DNA of 27,581 nt from a virus (lineage: Duplodnaviria > Caudoviricetes): positions 1 through 27,581 of IMG/VR virus record IMGVR_UViG_3300025127_000204; one strand, written 5' to 3'. The position numbers and the translations under genes were made by a program. This document shows, one piece after another, positions 19,646-27,321 of the stretch. The number at the start of each line of letters is the position of its first letter. Within the stretch, counting starts at the first letter, position 1. The notes under the pieces are model-generated. The model had not been told where the DNA came from and ran no database searches. It saw only the letters and a program-made list of their open reading frames with translations.

Positions 19646-19674
19646 AATTTACAATAGATAAAATAGATTGTCTA
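19646..19674 (-). promoter_or_regulatory. Sigma70-type promoter for the enzyme cassette
   Basis: TAGACA(19674-19669)-17 nt-TAAATT(19651-19646) in the 51-nt gap upstream of the ATG at 19630. Confidence 0.6.
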
Positions 19675-19681
19675 GGATAAA

Positions 19682-19867
19682 TTAAGCTGTTACGTCGTCT
19701 GTACTGTTAAGAGAATAACCATTATCTAGATATTCTTTTAAAGCACCTAATTGAATTTTTTCAGTTCCGCCACCTTTAGACTCTGGTTGGATAACAGTAA
19801 TCTCTTGAGCAAAATCATCAAAGTCGTAACCTGTTGCTTTTAAATCTAAGTATTCTTTTAAAGTCAT
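19682..19867 (-). CDS. Small acidic protein with duplicated LKEYLD motif (possible fibre chaperone or substrate peptide)
   Basis: 61 aa, starts 2 nt after the tail-fibre stop. TLKEYLDLKATGY and ALKEYLDNGY. Confidence 0.7.
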   Translation of the reverse strand: MTLKEYLDLKATGYDFDDFAQEITVIQPESKGGGTEKIQLGALKEYLDNGYSLNSTDDVTA

Positions 19868-19869
19868 AA

Positions 19870-21345
19870 TTAAAACGCTAGTCCGATTACTCCGGATCCT
19901 CCACTGTTTCCAGATCCTCCACCAGATCCGCTGTTTACTGCTGCAGCATTACCTCTGTTTGAGTTTCCTTGTGCAACTCCGTTTCCAGCTCCAGATCCTC
20001 CGCCAGATCCGCCCGAACCTCCTTGGTGTGTACCACCGCCGCCACCGCCGCAGAATGATCCACTGTTAGTTCCAGATCCATAAGTTCCAGAAACACTTCT
20101 TCCTGATCCACCATTACCTGCGTTAGATCCGCCAGATACGTTTTGGCCAGCTCCGCCGGCTCCTCCGCCACCACCCGATGGGTGAGACGGTCCTGAATAA
20201 GGTGCTGATCCTCCGTTATTTCCATAACCATGTGTTTTAGAATCTGCTGATATTAAAGGTGAATTAGTTTGCTCTCCAACTCCTCCTGGTCCATTACCGT
20301 GATCTTTTCCTCCTCCAGATCCTCCGTTTGAGTCTGGTTGGTTTGCTCCGATACCACCGCCAATTGCTCCAATAACTGTAGAAGTAGTTACAAGATCTCC
20401 TGTTGCAGTTCCCCAGTTAGAATTTTGTCCAGCTTTTGTAGTCGTATTACCTGATGCAGCTACAATTCCTGATGGTTGGTTAACTGGAGAAGTATAATCT
20501 CCTCCTGCTCCAATATAATAATTATATGTTTGTGGTGTTACTGCGTAAGATGGGTGATCAACCATTCCGCCGGCTCCGCCCCCACCTGAGTGGCCCGATC
20601 CTCCACCTGATCCTCCACCACCAACAACAAGTAATTTAATATTACCTGAGTGTGTAATTGAATATGTACCAGCTCCTGCTGTTGTTAAATATTGTTGGAC
20701 TGGTGCTTTAACTGTAATTGAAAAATCTCTGTCAGAAGTCTGTGCTCCTGCTGTTGCTCTTACTCTGAATGTAGTTGTTGTATCAGATGGAACGGCTGCT
20801 GCTGTTCCTGTAATCGCTGCGTTTGTAGTATTAAAAGATAGACCTGGTGACACTGCTGGTCCAGGTGCAACCAAAGAATAAGTTACTGTAACACCTTCTG
20901 GGTCTGTTGCTGTAACTGGAGATAAAGTATAAGAAGGCGCTGATCTACCTGAGTCTACAATAGTCCCAATTGTTCCTGCTGGTGTTGCAAAAACCGGATT
21001 GTCATCTACTGAAAATAAGTTGTCTCCTTGACCTGATACTGGGTTTTCTACTTTAACATCAAATGGGTCTTCGTTTACTCCACCAAGACCTGTTGGTATT
21101 GTAACTGTTAATTGAGTTGCGCTATTGTAAGTAACTGTTGGAACAACTACTGAAGTTCCACTAGCACCTATCATGGTTACCGTAGAAGACGGCGTAAATC
21201 CAGTACCTGCAATTACAACATTCGCTAAAGGTAAAGCAGCTTCTGTTGTAGAATTAGGTGTAATACTAGATACAGTAGGTTGACCTACTACATCTTGTAA
21301 TTGAGATCCACTGAAATTATATTTTATATTTTTATATGCTGTCAT
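19870..21345 (-). CDS. Tail fibre/adhesin: IPT/Ig-like domains plus glycine-rich C-terminal domain
   Basis: PTVSSITP...IAGTGF (IPT/TIG-like) and ATDPEG...PGLSFN...ITGT (Ig/cadherin-like). C-terminus LLVVGGGGSGG ... GGSGVIGLAF is the Gly-rich domain of marine phage adhesins. Confidence 0.8.
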   Translation of the reverse strand: MTAYKNIKYNFSGSQLQDVVGQPTVSSITPNSTTEAALPLANVVIAGTGFTPSSTVTMIGASGTSVVVPTVTYNSATQLTVTIPTGLGGVNEDPFDVKVENPVSGQGDNLFSVDDNPVFATPAGTIGTIVDSGRSAPSYTLSPVTATDPEGVTVTYSLVAPGPAVSPGLSFNTTNAAITGTAAAVPSDTTTTFRVRATAGAQTSDRDFSITVKAPVQQYLTTAGAGTYSITHSGNIKLLVVGGGGSGGGSGHSGGGGAGGMVDHPSYAVTPQTYNYYIGAGGDYTSPVNQPSGIVAASGNTTTKAGQNSNWGTATGDLVTTSTVIGAIGGGIGANQPDSNGGSGGGKDHGNGPGGVGEQTNSPLISADSKTHGYGNNGGSAPYSGPSHPSGGGGGAGGAGQNVSGGSNAGNGGSGRSVSGTYGSGTNSGSFCGGGGGGTHQGGSGGSGGGSGAGNGVAQGNSNRGNAAAVNSGSGGGSGNSGGSGVIGLAF

Positions 21346-21346
21346 C

Positions 21347-22093
21347 TTATTTCTCCGTTAATAACCATCCTTTAGTAGCATCAACATAAACTAAACCAAA
21401 AGCGGCTCCTTCAGTCGCGACTACTAAATCAGAAGTCAGTCCTTGTATTTTATGTCCATTTCTTCCAACAGTCAAGTTGTTGGTATCGAACGTGTCAGCG
21501 TAGTCAATAAATCTTACTTCATCTCCTAAAGCCGCTGTACCAGGTAGAGTAGCTGTTCTGGCTGCTCCTGAAGTGTCGACAAAATAACCTTCTCCTGCAA
21601 TCGCATTAAAATTAGCAGATTTAACTGCTTGCCACGATGTACCACCTGATCCTAATTCAACGTTAGAAACGTCTTGACCATTAATGTAAATTAATTTTGT
21701 ACCTTTATCTGTCGCTGTAAAAGTTGTTCCTGAACCTGAGTCTGAAGCACCTTTTACTTGTACAGTGTATGCACCCGATGTTGAATTTTTAATTAGATAA
21801 AATTTTTCTGTTCCGTTTGGAATAGTTACAATTTGATTTCCAGAAATACTTCCTGTGAATTCTATAATCGCATTTCGAGCTGCGTTTGTTAAACTATCTG
21901 TAGCAGAAGTATCATCACCATCTGTAATCAGCATATTTCTTGTTTGAGCACCGCCTGCAAGAGATTGTGAATGATAGCCAGAAGCTGCTTGTTGAATAAT
22001 GTTTAAATTTGTGTTGGTTTTTGATCCCCATGTACCGGCGTTTTCACCAGTAGCCATAAGTTCTATACCTAAATAATTATACGTAGATGCCAT
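21347..22093 (-). CDS. Proximal tail fibre protein
   Basis: N-terminal MASTY..GIELMATGENAGTWG..TNTNL. C-terminal AGEGYFVDTS...TLP...GDEVRFID...NLTVGRNG module resembles T4 long-tail-fibre proximal repeats. Confidence 0.75.
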   Translation of the reverse strand: MASTYNYLGIELMATGENAGTWGSKTNTNLNIIQQAASGYHSQSLAGGAQTRNMLITDGDDTSATDSLTNAARNAIIEFTGSISGNQIVTIPNGTEKFYLIKNSTSGAYTVQVKGASDSGSGTTFTATDKGTKLIYINGQDVSNVELGSGGTSWQAVKSANFNAIAGEGYFVDTSGAARTATLPGTAALGDEVRFIDYADTFDTNNLTVGRNGHKIQGLTSDLVVATEGAAFGLVYVDATKGWLLTEK

Positions 22094-22104
22094 ATTTTTC
22101 TCCG

Positions 22105-23361
22105 TTAAGCCTGGTTTACATGCTTAACGTCTGTATAAGATGTAATTCCAGTTATGTCAACATCAGTATACGATGTATTTCCATCAATTACAATATCTTT
22201 ATATGCCGTAGAAGCAGGTGAATTTAACGTTATTGATAGTTCAAAACCAGGCATTGTAGCTGGGACAAATGAAGTAACATTTAATGATCCTACAGCGCTC
22301 GTTAAAGATTGAGCAGGTAATACTTCACCAATTGTAGTTGTTAAAGATCCTACACTTGCAGTGGCAGATTGGTTGATAGGTTGAACAGACGGGTTTGATG
22401 TAATTATAGGATCTCCTACAGTTGCAGTCATATCAATTCCTGTTAATGGAACAGGAACAGTCATCGTGGTTGTAACCCCACCAAACGCAGTTGTTAAAGA
22501 TTGAGCAGGAAGTATTTCTACTATTACTCCATTTGGTCCACCTAAATTTGCAGTTAAAGATTGATTAGGTAAAGTTACTGTACAATCAACAATTATACTT
22601 GGTGCTGCTACTGAAGATGTTGCAGATTGACCAGTTAAACCCATTAACTGGTTTGGAATTTCTCCTAAAGATCCAAGTGTAGTTGTTAAAGATTGTGCTG
22701 GTAATGTTTCTTCTGCTCCTGTTACATCACCCCAACCGTTATATCCCCAAGTTTGTGTACCCCAACCAGGGAACATGACAACGTTATCTGATGGTAAGTT
22801 TACTGTTGCGTTTAAAGTAAACGCCGGCATTGGAATTAAACTTTCTGCTCCACCCCAACCTTCAGCTCCCCAGCCATCTGCACCCCAACCTGTTTCATTA
22901 AATGCTGTTGGTGCTCCTACAGAAGATGTTGCTGATAAACCAGTTAAAGGAACTGGAACCTCGTCTTGATTACTCCAAGAGTTTACGTTCCATGCTAAAG
23001 CTCCCCATGAATCATCTGTTACTGGAGCAGATCCACCCATCCCTGAGTGATATTGACAAAAATAATAAAGATTTGGTGCATCGGCAGCTACAACTATTTC
23101 AGTATACGCTCCTGCATTTCCCGGTGTGCCGTTGGTAGTTACCCCCGTGCTATAAACACTTCCACCCGAATGTGTTCCGTCCGAAGTTGTTGAAAGCAAT
23201 AAAGGGTGACCAACACCTAGTCCGTTGCTCGAATCAGATTGATCAAATCTATAAGTAGCGTTAGCTGCTAAATTAACAGTTGCTTGTTGCACGCCGTCAA
23301 TAAAATATTTATTGCCACCGCCTGTTGAAACAACTGTTACTGTGAATGTCGTAGTTGACAT
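22105..23361 (-). CDS. Virion structural protein with cupredoxin-like N-terminal domain, Trp-Gly repeats and ~20-aa beta repeats
   Basis: GHPL...YYFCQYHSGMGG, three triple-Trp clusters, repeated LPAQSLT-like units, TAAGGAG SD. Confidence 0.7.
   Translation of the reverse strand: MSTTTFTVTVVSTGGGNKYFIDGVQQATVNLAANATYRFDQSDSSNGLGVGHPLLLSTTSDGTHSGGSVYSTGVTTNGTPGNAGAYTEIVVAADAPNLYYFCQYHSGMGGSAPVTDDSWGALAWNVNSWSNQDEVPVPLTGLSATSSVGAPTAFNETGWGADGWGAEGWGGAESLIPMPAFTLNATVNLPSDNVVMFPGWGTQTWGYNGWGDVTGAEETLPAQSLTTTLGSLGEIPNQLMGLTGQSATSSVAAPSIIVDCTVTLPNQSLTANLGGPNGVIVEILPAQSLTTAFGGVTTTMTVPVPLTGIDMTATVGDPIITSNPSVQPINQSATASVGSLTTTIGEVLPAQSLTSAVGSLNVTSFVPATMPGFELSITLNSPASTAYKDIVIDGNTSYTDVDITGITSYTDVKHVNQA
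22220..22960 (-). repeat. Degenerate intragenic repeats encoding ~20-22-aa units (LPAQSLTxxxG-like)
   Basis: About 10 units, e.g. LPAQSLTTTLG, LPNQSLTANLG, LPAQSLTTAFG, LPAQSLTSAVG. GTTAAAGATTG recurs on the + strand. Confidence 0.75.
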
Positions 23362-23374
23362 AAGGATTTACTCC

Positions 23375-23872
23375 TTATGCGATCTGAACGATTGCGTTAC
23401 CTGCAGTTTGTGCTGGAAATTCAATTGTGAAAGTTCCGCTTGTTACAGTTTTGTCTGCTCCAAAATTTACAACACACATAGATCTGTTAGTTGTAAAACC
23501 ACTAAGTGCTGTTGTATTGTAAATTAAACAACCTCTAGCTGTGAAGGTTGCATTTGAAAAAGAACTGTTATTAAATTTTACACACGCAGTATCCCCAGAT
23601 AAAAGAGGATTAGCTGACACTGTCAATGCGTTTCCGCCTGTTGGATAGTTTGAAGACCCTGCTGTACTAACTTCATGAGTATCAGTTGGACTTGCGGCAC
23701 CGTTTGAAGGAGCTGTATATTGTGTTGTTGCTTTACTTAAAGTTGCTGAGCTTGTAAATAAAGCCAGTTTAAAAGCGTTACCACCTGGAGTAGCTCCAGA
23801 CGTATTTAAATTATGTCCGCCTTGCAGTATTTCAGTTTTAAAACTGTTACAAATTGCCGATGTTATTGCCAT
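23375..23872 (-). CDS. Conserved phage tail/neck structural protein
   Basis: MAITSAICNSFK, FKLALFTSSATL, ARGCLIYN, FGADKT; TAAGGAG SD. Confidence 0.75.
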   Translation of the reverse strand: MAITSAICNSFKTEILQGGHNLNTSGATPGGNAFKLALFTSSATLSKATTQYTAPSNGAASPTDTHEVSTAGSSNYPTGGNALTVSANPLLSGDTACVKFNNSSFSNATFTARGCLIYNTTALSGFTTNRSMCVVNFGADKTVTSGTFTIEFPAQTAGNAIVQIA

Positions 23873-23885
23873 AGTTTTTTTCTCC

Positions 23886-24632
23886 TTATGGTGACGGTGA
23901 CTTGACTGGTATTCTTACTGTTCCATCTGTGTAATCGTCTCGTCTTCGTCTTCCCAGCTGCATACCTGCGAACTGTTGTATTGATGTTTTATATTTATTT
24001 TCATACAGTGTCAACATATCTATTGGACCTTTTAAATATCCATACGCCTCCACTAAACACGCATATAAAAGACCCTGTGGAAAATACTGACTTATGTAGG
24101 TTGTAGTATTACTACCAGATAATCCTGTAGGCTGTTTATTATAATATATTCTAAAAAAATAAGCCTTATCAGGAGTTGGTGCTACATACATTCCTCCTGA
24201 AGTCGTGTCTGTTGTACCGGTTGCACCACCAAACATTGCATAATATTTAGGCAATCCAGTCACTGAATTAGTGGTATCTGTAGGAGATTGTATTTCTCCA
24301 GACGGCCCAAATTTTCTATCTACAAATTCTGATAAATACGTTTGATCTTTTTTCTCCAACCATTTTCCATTACCTTCGGTATTAGCTGTAGATTCAAAGA
24401 CTTCAATTCCTCTTACAAAGAGACATCCAGCTGGTGCATTAATGGTATTATTGTTTACAACAAGAGTTCCTTCTTTAACAAATCTATCTGCATCCATTGG
24501 AAGTTCAGTGTTAATTCTAAATTCAGCATTTTCAATAAATCTATTAATGACAGCTTGTGTAAGAACATTAGCATCTACTTCAGTGTATAATCTAATGTCG
24601 TCTGTTAAATTTGCATAAGTATATCCAGCCAT
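23886..24632 (-). CDS. Head-tail adaptor / tail tubular protein A-like
   Basis: TYANL..DI..Y, FIENAEFRI, G.PKYYA, VAPTPD, LLYACLVEAYGYLK adaptor-type motifs. Confidence 0.7.
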   Translation of the reverse strand: MAGYTYANLTDDIRLYTEVDANVLTQAVINRFIENAEFRINTELPMDADRFVKEGTLVVNNNTINAPAGCLFVRGIEVFESTANTEGNGKWLEKKDQTYLSEFVDRKFGPSGEIQSPTDTTNSVTGLPKYYAMFGGATGTTDTTSGGMYVAPTPDKAYFFRIYYNKQPTGLSGSNTTTYISQYFPQGLLYACLVEAYGYLKGPIDMLTLYENKYKTSIQQFAGMQLGRRRRDDYTDGTVRIPVKSPSP

Positions 24633-24634
24633 AA

Positions 24635-25456
24635 CTAACCTCTATCATTAATGGGTCCAATTGTACATTGGAAACCACCCCCTGTTTCTGTGCTTGATGC
24701 AGCATTGACTAAAGTAACGTTTATACCATCAAATCGTGTAGAAAATTTAGGTTGACCTGTTCCTTCAACTTGAGTTGTGTTTAATGATGCAACTTTATAA
24801 GAACCAAAAACTTTAGCTAAATTAGCATGTGAACCTGCAATAGTGGATTCAGGAGATACACCTCTGTATGGCGCACTCGTTCCTCTAGTGCATCCTGTTA
24901 ATTGATTTGATGTTCTTCCAGTATATTCAATAACTTCATTTCTATACTGTCCTACAAGTAATGGATCGCTTGTATCACTAGAAGTTAAAACTTTTTCAAT
25001 TACAATAAAACCAGATGTTGGAAACTGTGACCCATCGGTAAGATTAATTGTTGTTGCTGAATCTGTTAACGCCCCATTTAAAGTTGTTGATAGTTGAAGT
25101 GTTGAAACTGCAACACCACCAACAGGTTGTTTAATATCTCGTAAACGAATATGGTCGTTAACTTGTAGATCTCCATTTGGAAAATTAATTTTTAAAGTAG
25201 TATTAGATGCAGTTACAATGGGATTCTCAGGTAAAAAATCTTCTGTTGGAAATTCTGTTCTAGCAGGTCTTGCTCTTTGTAAAGCTTGTGGATCTGCACT
25301 TGTTGGTTTAGGATCTAATTGTGGTTGTTTAGGTTCGTATTCTGAAATATGAACCAAGGCACCATTCCATTCTCTAACCATTTCGTTATATGGAAAAGCC
25401 ATACCAGATCTATCTGATATCGCTAAAGCATATTTACCTTGTGAAAATGTAGTCAT
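24635..25456 (-). CDS. Conserved neck-region structural protein with inserted beta module
   Basis: GKYALAISDRSG..FPY.EM..EWNG..VH..EYEPKQPQL N-terminus; LTGCTRG module. Confidence 0.7.
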   Translation of the reverse strand: MTTFSQGKYALAISDRSGMAFPYNEMVREWNGALVHISEYEPKQPQLDPKPTSADPQALQRARPARTEFPTEDFLPENPIVTASNTTLKINFPNGDLQVNDHIRLRDIKQPVGGVAVSTLQLSTTLNGALTDSATTINLTDGSQFPTSGFIVIEKVLTSSDTSDPLLVGQYRNEVIEYTGRTSNQLTGCTRGTSAPYRGVSPESTIAGSHANLAKVFGSYKVASLNTTQVEGTGQPKFSTRFDGINVTLVNAASSTETGGGFQCTIGPINDRG

Positions 25457-26400
25457 TAACCAATACCCGGATAATAAATTTTAGGTGATATATATGTAGA
25501 GTTAGAAGAACCATCTTCATCTTCAGCTCTTAATAGCTCATCTTCATATAACATTTTTAATTCTTGAGTTCTTTGTGGTGCATATTTTACTGCAAGATAA
25601 TAAGATAGTCCTGCAATCATGCATGGAATAAATCTATAAGGCACGTCTGTTGCATTAGTATAAGCGCCTACGTCATCAATTCTTTTTGTGTAATAAAAAT
25701 TTATAAAGTTTCCAGCTTGTGAACTTCCCGGTGTTAAATATAATGTGACTGTAGTTTTATCTATAAATCTTTGGACCCAATACTGTGTTGGTAAACCTTT
25801 ATCTGTTTTGTTTGAAAATCCTTGATACTGAGATCTACTAATTTTAGTCATTGGAGTATCTACGTTTGTAGAAGCTACTCTATAATTTAATTCTTGAATA
25901 TCTGTCATTCCGTTTGGAAACTGAAGAACAGCGTCTCCGCCACTGTGAGTAGCTGCAGTGCTACCATTAATTCCTCTAGTGCATCCTGTTAAATTTAAAC
26001 TAGAAATTCCTGTATATGAAATTTGTTCTGTGCCGATTGTAATAGTTCCTCCTGCAGTAGGCATTCCAGAAACAGACGCAACTCCAATTGTAGTTACAGT
26101 CGCATTTATTCCTGCAGAAAGTGTTGTATTGATACCATCTGAAGTTCCGTCAGATGGTGAACGATAAAATGTATACACAGCTTGGCCGTCAACTAAAGCT
26201 ACACTTTGATTTTTAACTTCCCAAAAATGTAAACCTCTGTTGCCCCATTCTGAAAACAACACATTTAAAGAACGTTTTGCTGTTTTTAATTGATACCCAG
26301 AAACACCCTGCATACCAATACGTTCATATGCATCTTCAATAATCTCATCTATTCCTAGGTTCTTATCAAAAACATAAGAACCCGAAGTAGTGTTCGCCAT
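25456..26400 (-). CDS. Putative head-tail connector/adaptor protein with inserted beta module
   Basis: IDEIIEDAYER.G, AKRSLN..FSEWGNRG, G.PTQYW, DVPYRFIPCMIAGLSYYLA, LKMLYEDEL.RA. Confidence 0.7.
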   Translation of the reverse strand: MANTTSGSYVFDKNLGIDEIIEDAYERIGMQGVSGYQLKTAKRSLNVLFSEWGNRGLHFWEVKNQSVALVDGQAVYTFYRSPSDGTSDGINTTLSAGINATVTTIGVASVSGMPTAGGTITIGTEQISYTGISSLNLTGCTRGINGSTAATHSGGDAVLQFPNGMTDIQELNYRVASTNVDTPMTKISRSQYQGFSNKTDKGLPTQYWVQRFIDKTTVTLYLTPGSSQAGNFINFYYTKRIDDVGAYTNATDVPYRFIPCMIAGLSYYLAVKYAPQRTQELKMLYEDELLRAEDEDGSSNSTYISPKIYYPGIG

Positions 26401-26401
26401 G

Positions 26402-26722
26402 TTACGCTCCTGTGATAGTTAGTGTGACGCTTCCATCAGTTCCACCTGATTGTGTTAAAGTAGCACAAATGCCGTCTTTAAACAAAATTCCAGAACCTGG
26501 AACGTACACTGATAATCCTTCAGTATCGTATTTATATGTTGCCTTTAAGTTACCTGCACCAGCTCCACCTGTAGTAGCCGAATCGTGCAACGTTAAAACA
26601 GAGCCCGCTTCACCTCTACCTTGAAGAGAAGTAACTCTAGCTCTACCTGCTCTCAATAATGAAATTGCGCCGGTATCTTTTTGTAACGTTGTTTGGTCAC
26701 TTGAAAATGATCCACCTGACAT
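26402..26722 (-). CDS. Small structural protein (hypothetical)
   Basis: 106 aa, VPGSGILFKDGI motif, TAAGGAG SD. Confidence 0.75.
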   Translation of the reverse strand: MSGGSFSSDQTTLQKDTGAISLLRAGRARVTSLQGRGEAGSVLTLHDSATTGGAGAGNLKATYKYDTEGLSVYVPGSGILFKDGICATLTQSGGTDGSVTLTITGA

Positions 26723-26737
26723 AATTTTCTCCTTATT

Positions 26738-26760
26738 AAAAAGTGCTCCCGAAGGAGCAC
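26738..26760 (-). terminator. Rho-independent terminator
   Basis: Minus strand GTGCTCC-TTCG-GGAGCAC-TTTTT: perfect 7-bp stem, C(UUCG)G tetraloop and U5 tract, 11 nt after the stop at 26772. Confidence 0.85.
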
Positions 26761-26771
26761 TTAATTAATTA

Positions 26772-27233
26772 TTAACTTAAGTTATTATTTTGTTGGTACA
26801 AAATAGTAATTCTAACTTCACCAGCATTTGTAGCTGCTGAGTTAGTCACGTTTAATCTTTGATCAGACGTTCCGATATCTTCCCAAGCTAAAGCTCCACC
26901 AGCTTCAGTTCCAGGGTATTTTCTACCAGCAGTAGTTCCAATTCCAAATGTGTTAACAAGAGCAGTAGCTGCTCCTCCAACAAAACCAACACTGATGTTA
27001 GTTCCTGCATTAGCTGCTGTGATCACGTCAAAAACACAATCAATGATTTGTGAGTTTGCTGGAATGATTACATCTGTTGCTGCCGCTGCAATCGCTCCTG
27101 CAGATAAGTCAGCTGAAAAAGTTTGTGCCATTACAACTTGACCTGTGTTTTTCATATCAGTTCCAACAGTAGTACCTGTAGTATTTTTAATAGTACCAGC
27201 TAATATTGGTCCTGAGAATGTAGTTTGTGCCAT
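26772..27233 (-). CDS. Putative capsid decoration/minor head protein
   Basis: MAQTTFSGP N-terminus, IPANSQIID, beta-rich. Strong AGGAGG SD, own putative promoter and terminator suggest a high-copy virion protein. Confidence 0.6.
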   Translation of the reverse strand: MAQTTFSGPILAGTIKNTTGTTVGTDMKNTGQVVMAQTFSADLSAGAIAAAATDVIIPANSQIIDCVFDVITAANAGTNISVGFVGGAATALVNTFGIGTTAGRKYPGTEAGGALAWEDIGTSDQRLNVTNSAATNAGEVRITILYQQNNNLS

Positions 27234-27239
27234 AATTAT

Positions 27240-27311
27240 CCTCCTAGTTTTTACGAACGTAGTCTCTAGGCCGTCGACTATACTCGTCTACGTTCTGATT
27301 AATTGTATAGT
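27240..27311 (-). ncRNA. Candidate cis-regulatory leader RNA with three interlocked helices
   Basis: P1 ACUAUAC(27311-27305)/GUAUAGU(27283-27277); P2 GAACGUAG(27295-27288)/CUACGUUC(27262-27255); P3 CCUAG(27270-27266)/CUAGG(27247-27243, overlapping the AGGAGG SD). Confidence 0.6.
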
Positions 27312-27321
27312 GATTATTTTA

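Noticed and set aside
19935-20231. 98-aa alternative-frame ORF inside the Gly-rich adhesin
   Set aside because: Gly-codon repeats suppress stops in the shifted frame; no convincing SD or slippery site. A frameshift product cannot be excluded but has no support.
19870-22960. Possible CRISPR array or diversity-generating retroelement in the repetitive fibre genes
   Set aside because: Repeats are in-frame and degenerate. No repeat-spacer pattern, reverse transcriptase or adenine-specific template/variable repeat pair was seen.
27240-27311. Assignment of the leader RNA to guanidine-II/III, SAM-V or HDV-like/twister ribozyme families
   Set aside because: Helix order and conserved nucleotides do not match those consensus models as I recall them; left unassigned pending cmscan.
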